From Candidatus Falkowbacteria bacterium (GTDB taxonomy: Bacteria; Patescibacteriota; Patescibacteriia; Patescibacteriales; UBA12465): a stretch of 64,000 nucleotides of DNA. This document shows positions 18,320-28,090 of the stretch, piece by piece (the first letter of the stretch is position 1; each line of letters begins with the position of its first letter). The translations under genes and the position numbers were made by a program. The stretch spans positions 197,062-261,061 of the forward strand of contig CP066698.1 of NCBI GenBank assembly GCA_016432645.1. Direction: 5' to 3'. A model generated the notes under the pieces. The model worked only from the letters and a program-made list of their open reading frames with translations, was not told the origin of the DNA and ran no database searches.

Positions 18320-19081
18320 TTACTTTCTCAACACATTCCCAATATTGCCGTGTAAATCATGATTATGGGTCTGTTGATTCATTTCTTCCCTTTCCTCAAC
18401 AATATTGCGCGCAATATCCATCTCGTTAACTTTAACGTGTTTTTTATGACGGCCGCCGACAATATTCAAATCATTGCGTCTTTCTGGAAAGATATAGATA
18501 TAGAATAAAGAAATCAAGAAAGAAGCAACTAGCGCCAAAGCGGCGTTATAAGGAATATTTGGTTTAACCGGGTAAGCTGATACTAATGGTTGATCAATAA
18601 TATTCACTTTAATATTTTGGCCGCTGTGATAGTTCTGATTATTGTTCATTAAGATATCATTAATTGCCAAAGCAATCTGTTTAGCTTCCTGGGTACTGGT
18701 ATGATAAACATTAATTTCCACAATCCCAGTGTCGCCTTGAGTACTGGTTGAAATAGTTTCACGCCATTTTTTTAGCTGCTGGTTATAGTTACCGGCAAAA
18801 TAATCGCGGTTAATGCTATAAGATGAAGCAATAACTTGGTCATAGAAGGAGCTGGAATAAACCACTTGAGCGAATAAGTTGCCTAAGTATTCATTAGATT
18901 TAGAAAGCGAATAAGCATCAGCGCTGCCGGCGTTTTGTAGAACCAAGAGCCGAGATTTGACGCCATATTTAAGCGGGCTAAGCAAAGAAAGGCCGATTAC
19001 CAGAACCACAGCTACAAACATAATAGCTAAAATAGTTTGCTTTTTACGGCCGATTAGCTTTAAAAACTCGTTAAATTCCAT
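18320..19081 (-). CDS. Wzz-like polysaccharide chain-length determinant family protein
   Basis: N-terminal Wzz-type motif with a TM helix (LIGRKKQTILAIMFVAVVLVIGLSLLSP) and a second TM helix near the C-terminus. Confidence 0.6.
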   Translation of the reverse strand: MEFNEFLKLIGRKKQTILAIMFVAVVLVIGLSLLSPLKYGVKSRLLVLQNAGSADAYSLSKSNEYLGNLFAQVVYSSSFYDQVIASSYSINRDYFAGNYNQQLKKWRETISTSTQGDTGIVEINVYHTSTQEAKQIALAINDILMNNNQNYHSGQNIKVNIIDQPLVSAYPVKPNIPYNAALALVASFLISLFYIYIFPERRNDLNIVGGRHKKHVKVNEMDIARNIVEEREEMNQQTHNHDLHGNIGNVLRK

Positions 19082-19125
19082 ATAGTTTTATAAATTTATT
19101 TATTTTACTTTATTATTGACTTTTC

Positions 19126-19154
19126 ACTATACTACAATTATTTTTATTTGTCAA
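19126..19154 (-). promoter_or_regulatory. promoter TTGACA-N17-TATAGT for the wzz-like gene
   Basis: Exact -35 hexamer, 5/6 match at -10, 17-nt spacer. Confidence 0.6.
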
Positions 19155-19186
19155 TAGCAATTTGCCAAACCCCCTGTTTTTAGGTA

Positions 19187-19215
19187 TTGACAAATATAAA
19201 AATAAAATGTATAAT
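19187..19215 (+). promoter_or_regulatory. consensus promoter TTGACA-N17-TATAAT for the 19256 gene
   Basis: Both hexamers are perfect with a 17-nt spacer, ~40 nt upstream of the ATG. Confidence 0.7.
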
Positions 19216-19255
19216 AACTTGATAAAAATTTTAATATTAAAATTAGTTAAAAAAT

Positions 19256-20533
19256 ATGAAAAAGTGGATTATGGCCGCGGTGACCATCACTACCGTTGCT
19301 GCCCTGTTTTTACTGGTTACTCCGGGAAAAACCAAAACCAAATCTTATTATTCTGGCGATGCCCTCGCCTTTAATAATCAAGTTTATGTCGCTACTACTA
19401 ATACTGGTAGCTTGGAGGTATTTAAGCTTGACGGCAAAACTTTAGGCCTAGTCGCCAAGTTAAAGCCTTACAATGCCCGTTTTAATAATTACGGCGAATT
19501 CTTTGATGCTAAATTAGTATCTGAAAGCAATCGCTTGTATGTCTATGCGGTTAGCAACTACACTATTTACAAATATGAAGTTGCTAATAATAAACTGACA
19601 GAAGTCCAAACCAACACCAACACTTACTGGGAATGGTATAATCGCATTGATAAATTCGGCGACAATATTGTAACTGTTAGCGCTAAGGGTATTAAAGTTT
19701 TCAATTCCAACTTGCAAACAATTGTTGCCTACGATTTTAAAAATCAAGAAGCCCCTTATAATTTAAGCGGTAACAATGATTTCTATTTGAATGTTGATGA
19801 GGCTAATAGCAAGATTGAAGTTTATAATGTTGAATCTCGTTCCATTATTAAAACCATTCCCTTAAATTTCAAGTTTGATAAAGGTAATCGCCGCGCTCTT
19901 TTAGACGCCAGCGATAATATTTATGTCGTTGATGATTACTACGCCAAGAAATTTGATTTATCCGGAAAATTATTGGCTAGTTATAAGCACTTAGATTATC
20001 AAGGATTTGATATTGCAGTTAGCAACCATACTGATAATGTTTATTTTTCTAATGGCGTCGGGGTTGTTAAACTTGATTCTAATCTAAAAGAAAAAGATTT
20101 TGCTTGGACCGGTAATTTAGGTGGCTATGCCGGCTGGGCGATGGGACTGAAGACAGTTTATGCTAATGGCGACAAAGTTGTTATCTTTAATAATTCTAAT
20201 ATTTTAGTATTAGATGCTAATTTAAATAAGATTGCTTCCGTCTCCGCCAGTGAACAAGAAAATACTGCTTATCCAACTGAGAATCTATTCTTAAAACTAG
20301 ATAAGAGTTCGGCAGCGGTTAATTCTGAAGTAGCGCTTTCCGGCGGTGGCTTCCTAGCCAACGAGGAATTAACCATTAAATTCGGTGATCAGAAAACAAT
20401 CGTTAAGGCTGACAGCCGCGGACGCTTCGCCACTATCATTAAAGTTCCGACTTTAATTAAGGGCGGACATGACATTAGGGTTGATGGCGCTTCTTCCACT
20501 CTCCATTACAGTATCTCCTTCCAAGTTCAATAA
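19256..20533 (+). CDS. secreted hypothetical protein, beta-propeller-like repeats plus C-terminal Ig-like domain
   Basis: Signal/anchor sequence. Repetitive YV/VY..D.N strands. C-terminal ~90-aa beta-sandwich-like segment. Confidence 0.45.
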   Translation: MKKWIMAAVTITTVAALFLLVTPGKTKTKSYYSGDALAFNNQVYVATTNTGSLEVFKLDGKTLGLVAKLKPYNARFNNYGEFFDAKLVSESNRLYVYAVSNYTIYKYEVANNKLTEVQTNTNTYWEWYNRIDKFGDNIVTVSAKGIKVFNSNLQTIVAYDFKNQEAPYNLSGNNDFYLNVDEANSKIEVYNVESRSIIKTIPLNFKFDKGNRRALLDASDNIYVVDDYYAKKFDLSGKLLASYKHLDYQGFDIAVSNHTDNVYFSNGVGVVKLDSNLKEKDFAWTGNLGGYAGWAMGLKTVYANGDKVVIFNNSNILVLDANLNKIASVSASEQENTAYPTENLFLKLDKSSAAVNSEVALSGGGFLANEELTIKFGDQKTIVKADSRGRFATIIKVPTLIKGGHDIRVDGASSTLHYSISFQVQ

Positions 20534-20552
20534 ATTAAGCTTTACTTCATTT

Positions 20553-20585
20553 AAAAATACCCCTTACTCAGGGGTATTTTTTTTA
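20553..20585. terminator. bidirectional terminator (ATACCCC-TTACTCA-GGGGTAT plus T8)
   Basis: The hairpin loop contains the stop codon of the minus-strand GT4 gene. Confidence 0.7.
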
Positions 20586-21799
20586 TCTAAGATCTCTTGA
20601 TAGAGTTTGTTAACTTGCCGCAAATTCTCCGGCTCGTTAAAATTTTTAACGCTGGCTTGTGCCCGCTGGCTAATGGCGGCCAAGTCTAAAATATCTAAAT
20701 CATTTATTTTCCTAACCAAATCCTGGATATCGCCGGGAATAAATAATAAACCATTTTCGCCGTCCTTAATTATTTCCGGAATGCCGCCAATATTGGAAGC
20801 GATGACTACCTTACCTAAGTTTAAGGCTTCTAAAAGACTAAGGGGCATATTTTCATGCCAAATAGACGGAATAACCACCGTTCGGGCCTTTAGAATTATT
20901 TGTTTAAGCTCTTCCCCACTCTTAAACCCAAGAAATTCCAGATCAGCATTAATTTTTTTAGCGAGCGTGTCCAGCTCAATTTTTTGCGGTCCGTCGCCGA
21001 CAAATTTCAATTTCGTGCCAGTTAGCGCCGCTGCTTCAATTAAAGTCTTGAGCCCCTTTTCTTCAGACAAGCGGCCAAAATATAATAGATATTTTTCTAA
21101 ACTAGGAGTAATCTCTTTTGAAGATAAACTCATTTGCGCATCAAAAGGATTAACAATAACTTTAATTTTATCTGCCGGCCAGCCCCATTCCACTAGCTTA
21201 GACTTCATAAAGGTGCTGGGGGTAATGAACGCGCTAATATTGCGTTCGTATATTTTAAGGACGGAATGGTGCAAATACATTTCTAGGGCTGCCAAGAAAC
21301 TCTTGGAACGCGAATCCTTAAAGCATTTTTTTTGTACGCATTTATAATATTTATGAGGCTTGCAGGCTTCACAAATTTCACCGTGCGCAAACAACTGATA
21401 ATTTGGACAAATTAATTTATAATCATGGACGTGCATTACTACGGGAATCCCGGCCTTTTTAGCCACATCTAAAATTGACGGCGATATTTGATGATAAATA
21501 TTATGGATATGGATAATATCTGGTTTAAAATCAACGACTAATTTTTTAAATTTTCGCTTGGCCTCTAAGCTATAAATCATCCGGCCCGGTGTTTTTAGCT
21601 TATCTTTAAAACCGCCCTCATTAAAACTTAAGCGAGAAACAAAATATTTAGCATAAGGAGTTGCCTCGTTTTTTGGATGCCGCATTGAAAAATAGGCGAC
21701 TTCATTTCCGGACGCCTCCAAGGCTCTGCCTAAGGACAAATAATACTTATCGGCCCCGCCGCGAGCATAATGGAATTTGTTAACCTGCAAAATGCGCAT
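20564..21799 (-). CDS. GT4-family glycosyltransferase
   Basis: MRILQVNKFHYARGGADKY N-terminus and a GT-B C-terminal domain (ENMPLSLLEALNLGKVVIASNIGGIPE). Confidence 0.8.
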   Translation of the reverse strand: MRILQVNKFHYARGGADKYYLSLGRALEASGNEVAYFSMRHPKNEATPYAKYFVSRLSFNEGGFKDKLKTPGRMIYSLEAKRKFKKLVVDFKPDIIHIHNIYHQISPSILDVAKKAGIPVVMHVHDYKLICPNYQLFAHGEICEACKPHKYYKCVQKKCFKDSRSKSFLAALEMYLHHSVLKIYERNISAFITPSTFMKSKLVEWGWPADKIKVIVNPFDAQMSLSSKEITPSLEKYLLYFGRLSEEKGLKTLIEAAALTGTKLKFVGDGPQKIELDTLAKKINADLEFLGFKSGEELKQIILKARTVVIPSIWHENMPLSLLEALNLGKVVIASNIGGIPEIIKDGENGLLFIPGDIQDLVRKINDLDILDLAAISQRAQASVKNFNEPENLRQVNKLYQEILDKKNTPE

Positions 21800-21805
21800 A
21801 GCTTA

Positions 21806-22939
21806 TTATTGTTTATTTATTTTAACTGCCAATAACTCCTCATACCAATCGGCATATTTGGCTACCATCTTAGCTAAAGAAAATTTCTCTCTAACTAATT
21901 GATTGACGGCTGCAACTTTCCGGGCGGTTTCTGGCGCCTGTAAATTATTGATTAAAAAATCTATCTTTTGCGCTAAAATGTCATCATCACCCGCTGGGAA
22001 CAACCAGGCATTTTCTTCGTTCAAGATTTCTAAAATACCGCCGGTAGCGCTGGCGATAATTGGTTTTTCACTCGCCCCGGCTTCTAAAATCACTAAACCT
22101 AGGCCTTCCCATAGCGAAGGCAAAACAAAGATATCAATTTGACTTAAAAAATTACGGGCGTTAACCGGGCCAATCAGTTTAACTCGATTAATTAATTCTA
22201 AATCTTTAATTCTTTTTTTAAGTTCTCCCGCCATTTCTCCAACACCGGCAATTTCAATTAAATAATTTTTATTCTTTGTTTTAGCGGCCGCCTCAATTAA
22301 GCTCATAAAGCCTTTCTGCTGGCTCAAGCGGCCGATGGCGCCTATGATTACCTTTTCGCCATCAGTTCGCCCAGGCAGCCAATCTGAGACCTGAGAGGGG
22401 TCAAAATGATAGCTATCAATGCCGTTATAAACTACTGTTATTTTTTCCGGTTTTAAATGGTAGCGGCTAATGGCGTCTTCACGGACCGCATTGCTAACCG
22501 CAAAAATTTTATTAACGCTTTTGAGATTTATTTTTTTGACCAGTTCTGCGCTTTTTTTGGCGCTTTGGTTAATATTGTGTTCCGTGGAAACAATCACGGG
22601 TACTTTTTGCAGCTTGCCGGCTAAGATGCCGTAGATGTCACCGCCAAGGTGAGTGTGAATAACATCCGGTTTTAATTTAGCTACCGCTCTGATTATCAAG
22701 GCAATATTTAGCGGGTCAATTAATAAGCGTTTATGCAGAGAAATTATTGGCACGCCAGCAGCTGCCAGTTCGGCTTTAAGCTCCTCACCCTGCTTATTAT
22801 CCTTAAATAACAATAATGCCGGAACAAAACGTTCCCGGTCAAGATTTTTTAAAATATCAACCGCCACTCTTTCCGCGCCACCGCGGCTAAGATTGGGTAG
22901 GATGTGTAGGACGCTTATTTTTTTTGTCATAAAGTTCAT
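21806..22939 (-). CDS. GT4-family glycosyltransferase (the start may be the ATG at 22930)
   Basis: VLHILPNLSRGGAER and PSLWEGLGLVILEAGASEKPIIASATGGILE motifs. Confidence 0.8.
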   Translation of the reverse strand: MNFMTKKISVLHILPNLSRGGAERVAVDILKNLDRERFVPALLLFKDNKQGEELKAELAAAGVPIISLHKRLLIDPLNIALIIRAVAKLKPDVIHTHLGGDIYGILAGKLQKVPVIVSTEHNINQSAKKSAELVKKINLKSVNKIFAVSNAVREDAISRYHLKPEKITVVYNGIDSYHFDPSQVSDWLPGRTDGEKVIIGAIGRLSQQKGFMSLIEAAAKTKNKNYLIEIAGVGEMAGELKKRIKDLELINRVKLIGPVNARNFLSQIDIFVLPSLWEGLGLVILEAGASEKPIIASATGGILEILNEENAWLFPAGDDDILAQKIDFLINNLQAPETARKVAAVNQLVREKFSLAKMVAKYADWYEELLAVKINKQ

Positions 22940-24245
22940 CAGAGAACTTGATTGCCATTAAAAACAGGACAATCGGCAGCCAAACGCGGCCCTTAAAATA
23001 TGAGGTGTTAAAAAATTGGAAAAACAAGCCGCCGCCGGCCGCCAAGGAAAAAGGTAATATCCATTTTAATTGTGGATAATATTTTCTTAAAGCCAAAAAA
23101 GCAGTGCGAGCCAGATAAAATAATAAAAATAACCAAGCACCTAAGCCAATTAGACCGTTTTCAGCTAAAAGTTTTTGCAACATGCCGTGAGAATCAAGCG
23201 GTTCGCCATATTTGGCCCGGAATCTAATATTCTCGCCAACTAAATTAACGAATTCCCCGTTTCCATAACCGATAAATGGTCGCTCTTTAAAGGCCTGGAG
23301 GGAGATTTCGGTAAGCAATACGCGATTTTCCGTAGAGCTGGTATTATTCTCTTGTAAAACACTCATCTTCCATAGCAGGGGTGAAATAACAACCAAGGCG
23401 GCAATCGAAAAAATAAACATTGCCAGGCGCTCTTTTTTATTATTTTGGGTGCGATAGAAGAAATAAATTAGAGATTGCAAGAATAAGGTTATCCAGCCGG
23501 CACGGGAAAAAGTCATAATAATGCCAACGGCAGTAAGCGCAAAAATAATATCGGTCAAGCGCTTCCCGCGTGGCGATTTAATAAATTCTCTAAAAATTAA
23601 AACAAAGAAAGCGCCAATATTTAAATACTCAGCAATTAAATTATGATTTTCGCCAAACGGGAAAATACCACCGATATTAAGAGACTTTAGCCGGAAGAAA
23701 TTATCCTGCCAATCCTGTCCGTAAAGCGAGGCATATCCGGTTAATAAAACCGCCATCGCGCTTAGAAAAACGATAATGACCGTGGTTTTTAAAATGCGGG
23801 GCGTCTTGATAATGTTGGCGGGGGTAAAAATATAAGCGAAATATAAAAAGAAAGGCCAGCGTAAAAAATAGTACAAACTGGTTTCCGGATTTTTAGAAAA
23901 CGCAATTGATAAAATACTGGCTACAAAAAATAAGAAAAACGGAAAAAACAGCGGCCAGCGGAGTTCTACTTTTTGCTTAGAGAACAAAGCATCAATCGTC
24001 AACCTTGTTAAAAAGGCGGCTAATGACAATAGTGCCGCTAAATCGCCCGCTGGAATTACAAAACTGGTAAAAGTAAAATTCCAGCCGATTAAAGGCAGGC
24101 TGGCGGCACTTAAATAAAGGCCATACTTAGGCTGGACTACAAACAGCCCAAAAAGCCCTAAAACGGCAATGATTACAAATAAATCCATAGCATTTAAATG
24201 ATAACAGACAAATAAAAATAAAAAAAGGCCATGTCTTTTGAACAT
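22887..24245 (-). CDS. O-antigen ligase/polymerase-like (Wzy_C-type) polytopic membrane protein
   Basis: About 10-12 TM helices plus a periplasmic loop with the SRAGW motif region. Lies inside the glycan gene cluster. Confidence 0.65.
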   Translation of the reverse strand: MFKRHGLFLFLFVCYHLNAMDLFVIIAVLGLFGLFVVQPKYGLYLSAASLPLIGWNFTFTSFVIPAGDLAALLSLAAFLTRLTIDALFSKQKVELRWPLFFPFFLFFVASILSIAFSKNPETSLYYFLRWPFFLYFAYIFTPANIIKTPRILKTTVIIVFLSAMAVLLTGYASLYGQDWQDNFFRLKSLNIGGIFPFGENHNLIAEYLNIGAFFVLIFREFIKSPRGKRLTDIIFALTAVGIIMTFSRAGWITLFLQSLIYFFYRTQNNKKERLAMFIFSIAALVVISPLLWKMSVLQENNTSSTENRVLLTEISLQAFKERPFIGYGNGEFVNLVGENIRFRAKYGEPLDSHGMLQKLLAENGLIGLGAWLFLLFYLARTAFLALRKYYPQLKWILPFSLAAGGGLFFQFFNTSYFKGRVWLPIVLFLMAIKFSDELYDKKNKRPTHPTQS

Positions 24246-24272
24246 GGCCCGGAGCTCATTTTTGAGCGTTTC

Positions 24273-25553
24273 TTATTTTTTGGTGATTTTACCAACTTGT
24301 TTTAAAGGGTCAACCATAACGCTGACCTTTTCGTATTCCCGGTAGTAAATACCGTTCTTGTTTTCATAGCGGCCTAATGGTCGGCCAGTTTCAATTTCCA
24401 GTTCCGGGAAAATTCCGGAATCATCTTGGCTGATAGCTAGATAGACGTTGTCCAGTAAAAGCGTGGTTGCTAACACGAAATTAACATTTGAACGATTGCC
24501 TTGAAAAACTGTGTAAGGCCCCATTTTCTTAGCGTTTTCAAAACACTGTCGCCAGCCGTTAGCCCATTTTTCTCCTAAATAATCATTAGGAAAATTTTCA
24601 AACCATTTGCCGGAAGTAATGTTCAGAAAGTCCAAACTGCCTTTGTTGGTAATAATGATGAATTGCGCCGGTTTGGCTTTTTTGATTTGGAGGATGAAAT
24701 TAGTCATTCCCTCTTTCCAGTTTTTATCAACCAGCGCGTCGTTGTCAGCCTCTTGATTGCCGTCAATGTCAATTTGCCCTGGATGCGTCCAAGAAATATT
24801 GCCGGTTCCATTATCTTGGAAATAACCATCCCAGATTGGATCATTTAGAACTTCTCGGTTCAGTTTTTGAGCCATCCACTCTTCATAATTTTGCCCGTCA
24901 ATTCGAGGGCAAGTTGCAGACATGTTAAGCATCAACATACCGCTCCAGAATTTAGCATAATCCTCTTTCCTGTCAGGGTCACCCATGATTTTAGCCACCC
25001 AAGTGGCAATGAAGCCTTCATAATTAATCGGCGCAATTGTTTTTAAGAGCCAAGCGGTACGCGTGGTAACAATTTCATCAATGATACGATTTTGCCAAGG
25101 ACGGTCGCCATACTTAATAAGATGGATTTCCATCGGATTAGAATAAGCCAGGAGCTTCAATTTCGGATTCATCTCTTTTAGAGCTTGTAAGACTTGATAG
25201 TTATTGAACTTATTTTCTAAGTCCACAATTAAAAAGTCGTGGCGAGCCAAACTTTGAGCTTCGCTTAAACTAAGCGTGGGCTTCGTCCAATAAGCGGTAC
25301 TCTTGACCGGATAAGGGCTTACTTGTCCGCGCGTTTGCCCGGTTAGAGCAAAAGAGGATAAAAGAAAAAAGGCTAAAAAAATAAACAAAAGCGTTATTTT
25401 TTTAACTTTTAACTTTTTGAGAGAGCTGCGGGCGTCATCAATTAAAACTGAAACGCCAAATAGGATAATAATTATTATCCAATCGAAATTACTGAGCTTT
25501 TTCATCTTTATAATTGTTTTTGTTAATGTTCTATTGAATAAAACATTATACAA
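24273..25553 (-). CDS. membrane-anchored GHL-type putative glycoside-hydrolase-like protein (paralog of the 1085-3112 N-terminal domain)
   Basis: Collinear similarity: LSLSEAQSLARHDFLIVDLE vs LSLDEARQLAKWDLLVLDME; NPKLKLLAY vs NPQVIILAY; DIDGNQEADN vs DVNNDGQKDT. Confidence 0.55.
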   Translation of the reverse strand: MYNVLFNRTLTKTIIKMKKLSNFDWIIIIILFGVSVLIDDARSSLKKLKVKKITLLFIFLAFFLLSSFALTGQTRGQVSPYPVKSTAYWTKPTLSLSEAQSLARHDFLIVDLENKFNNYQVLQALKEMNPKLKLLAYSNPMEIHLIKYGDRPWQNRIIDEIVTTRTAWLLKTIAPINYEGFIATWVAKIMGDPDRKEDYAKFWSGMLMLNMSATCPRIDGQNYEEWMAQKLNREVLNDPIWDGYFQDNGTGNISWTHPGQIDIDGNQEADNDALVDKNWKEGMTNFILQIKKAKPAQFIIITNKGSLDFLNITSGKWFENFPNDYLGEKWANGWRQCFENAKKMGPYTVFQGNRSNVNFVLATTLLLDNVYLAISQDDSGIFPELEIETGRPLGRYENKNGIYYREYEKVSVMVDPLKQVGKITKK

Positions 25554-25576
25554 TTATAAACAGAAATTGTCAATAT

Positions 25577-27436
25577 TTATGGAATAATTGTGAGGTCTTT
25601 ATCTAGACTAGGTGTATAAACTTCCCCGTTAATATTAGCTTTAAAAGATTCGGTGCGCCGACCGGCCTGTTTTTGAACGAATAATTGATAGGTCCTGGCT
25701 TTTAGATCAGAACTGATATTGCTTGGCAGACTGTATTCTAAGTTAATCACCCCAGCTGTCCCCGGCTCTACTGAAAAGAAGAAACCAAAAACAGTCTTCT
25801 GTAAATCACTGTCATCGCTGCTGGAAATTGATTCCTGGTCTAATTTGGTATTAACATCACCTTTTAGGCTAATCAATTTACTGCCGAGTGGTACCAGGAC
25901 GCGGGTATAGCTGCGGTACCTGGTAGTCCGCCAATCAAAACCGCCTTCATGGCGATAGCTAAGGCTTAAATTGGCATCTGCCGTACCGCCATTATTTTTT
26001 AAATTATAAGTAATTCCCTTCTTGACTACCGAATCACTTTTAAAGGCTCCAAGATTAGCATCTACCACCATCAAATAATCGCTAGTAGTTTTCTTAATTG
26101 CGCCGTCCGCTCCTAAATCATAAACCAGGGATTCGGAGCCGGAATCGTTAAAATAAATTTGAACATTCTTATTCTGAATATTAGCTGTAAAAATATTAGC
26201 CAGTGAGCCAAGCTTATTCGTTTCTAAAGATAACAAGCGAGTTTTTAGCTCATCTAAAAGTTCGTTAATCACCGCTTTTCTATCCCAAGAAGAAATGTCC
26301 TGCTCTTTATAAGCGACTTCCACATTATATTGCAGCAGGGTTTGTAAATTTTCCGGAGTATAAGTTTCGCCCTTAACAGTAATTGGTCCGACTAGCCGTA
26401 ATAAATCAGATACAAAATCCGGAGTAATGCCAATCACGCCGTTAATTGCCGGGACATCTAAGCCGACGGCTCGGCTTTCACCGATAAATATTTCTTGAAT
26501 TTTTTTAGAAGCTGTCGGCCAGTCAGGCGACCAATTAGAATCCCGCAAATACCAATTCTCCACCCCCATGTATTTACTGACTGGCACCGGCGGCGTCATT
26601 TTCCACTTACCGACAGCTGGCATGTCTAGATGGTAACTGTCATCAGTTTTTAAGTCAGCAATATTGCCATTTTTAGTTTTCAAAAAGCCAAAAACACCGA
26701 TGAAGCCGCCGCTCGGGCGCAGCTCATCATTATTATGCATAATAATCAAAAAATTGCTTTCTTGAGGATAACCGGCTAAAGCCGGTAATAATTTAAGGAG
26801 GGGGTTAGCTTCTTCGATTAGATTCTTAGCTTGGGTAAGTTCAAATTTTAAATCACTTAACTTCCCATAAATAGGCCACAGAACACCAATTTTATGAATC
26901 TTATTGAGGTTAATCAAGGCTAAATCCAAATTAGCCCGCAAACCATTAAGTTCCGGTTCCGACTCTTTGATTAATTTAAAAAAATCTGCCTTTTTCTGTT
27001 CATTTAAACTGGAAAAGTTATAACCGCTAGAATCGGCGTACAGATTGGAAAATTTTTCGGCAATCGGAACGGCACCGATTAAAGAACGGCTGATAATATC
27101 GGCGGTTTTAAGGAGATATTCTAAATCATTAATCTGATTCCGCAAGAGGACAATTTGGTTGAATGCTTGCTTATTCCTGACTTTTTCTAGCTCTAATAAA
27201 GCTGAGTTAATCTCCATACTAGCGCTTTCGGCTTTATTTTGCGCTTCCGGCCAATTTTTATTTTGCACGGCAACCGCCGCCGCTTCTAAACTAGATTTAG
27301 CGCTTAGACCGCTGGCAGCCGCTGATTTTAACTCTTTAAAAGAGGAAACGATGATAATTATTAAAGCGATAAGCGCCAAAACTCCGGCGATTACCAGATA
27401 TTTTATAAGTTTAAGGGAAAGACTCGCAATTTTCAT
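25577..27436 (-). CDS. DUF4012-like membrane-anchored extracytoplasmic protein
   Basis: N-terminal TM helix, helical region, then an NNDELRPSGGFIGVFG motif that I recall as DUF4012-typical. Assignment is from memory only. Confidence 0.45.
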   Translation of the reverse strand: MKIASLSLKLIKYLVIAGVLALIALIIIIVSSFKELKSAAASGLSAKSSLEAAAVAVQNKNWPEAQNKAESASMEINSALLELEKVRNKQAFNQIVLLRNQINDLEYLLKTADIISRSLIGAVPIAEKFSNLYADSSGYNFSSLNEQKKADFFKLIKESEPELNGLRANLDLALINLNKIHKIGVLWPIYGKLSDLKFELTQAKNLIEEANPLLKLLPALAGYPQESNFLIIMHNNDELRPSGGFIGVFGFLKTKNGNIADLKTDDSYHLDMPAVGKWKMTPPVPVSKYMGVENWYLRDSNWSPDWPTASKKIQEIFIGESRAVGLDVPAINGVIGITPDFVSDLLRLVGPITVKGETYTPENLQTLLQYNVEVAYKEQDISSWDRKAVINELLDELKTRLLSLETNKLGSLANIFTANIQNKNVQIYFNDSGSESLVYDLGADGAIKKTTSDYLMVVDANLGAFKSDSVVKKGITYNLKNNGGTADANLSLSYRHEGGFDWRTTRYRSYTRVLVPLGSKLISLKGDVNTKLDQESISSSDDSDLQKTVFGFFFSVEPGTAGVINLEYSLPSNISSDLKARTYQLFVQKQAGRRTESFKANINGEVYTPSLDKDLTIIP

Positions 27437-27446
27437 AATCTTGAGT

Positions 27447-28004
27447 TTATTTTTTTAGGGCCGTTAAATTATCAATTAAAACAATGTTTTTCCCAGAAAG
27501 CGCGTTGTATAAAAAAATGTCCATTACTTCCTGGCGATAAAAAAATTCCGCTTCGTCCATAATAGTATAATTTATTTCTCGCCCCAAATCGCCCTGCAGG
27601 ACATTAATCAGATTCAAAAAAGGCTTGCGTTTTATCTTGCCGACAATAATAATATCGGTTTTAGCTTCTTCATCGCTGGTAAAAACTCCGCTTAAAGCTA
27701 GATATTTCAAATCAGAAATTTTTTTTAGGCCATCAATGAATTTTTGGCTGGAAAGTATTTGGGCTTTCATAAGCAAAGCTTTTATTTCTGAAAAAATGAT
27801 AAAGTTTTTATTAACCCACCAAGCGTCGTCCTCATTTTTTAACAGCCCGAATTCAGTCAAGGCACTCAGTTCTTTGCGCGCCGAAGCAGCCGAAAGACCG
27901 AGCTCCTTGCTTAACTCGCGCAGCTTATATTTTTTTTCTGGGTCAAATACCAGCAGATTAAGAATCTTGGCCTTGCTTTCTGACCCGAATAGAGAGCTTA
28001 ACAT
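27447..28004 (-). CDS. winged-helix (ArsR/MarR-like) transcriptional regulator with unknown C-terminal domain
   Basis: N-terminal KILNLLVFDPEKKYKLRELSKELGLSAASARKELSALTEFGLL helix-turn-helix pattern. Confidence 0.5.
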   Translation of the reverse strand: MLSSLFGSESKAKILNLLVFDPEKKYKLRELSKELGLSAASARKELSALTEFGLLKNEDDAWWVNKNFIIFSEIKALLMKAQILSSQKFIDGLKKISDLKYLALSGVFTSDEEAKTDIIIVGKIKRKPFLNLINVLQGDLGREINYTIMDEAEFFYRQEVMDIFLYNALSGKNIVLIDNLTALKK

Positions 28005-28090
28005 ATTTTGTTATTTATAAATTTATAGTATAATATATATCATAAACAGTCAAACGAAAATTAAACTCGCTCTGGCTTCTTATTTCGCTT

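Noticed and set aside
20607-21347. 246-aa + strand ORF antisense to the GT4 gene (similar cases: 10707-11060, 16935-17318, 27625-28020, 33098-33526, 35626-36051, 57160-57636)
   Set aside because: The sense-strand genes carry clear family motifs. The antisense translations are S/L/K/I-rich and low in complexity, without starts supported by promoters. They are treated as shadow ORFs.
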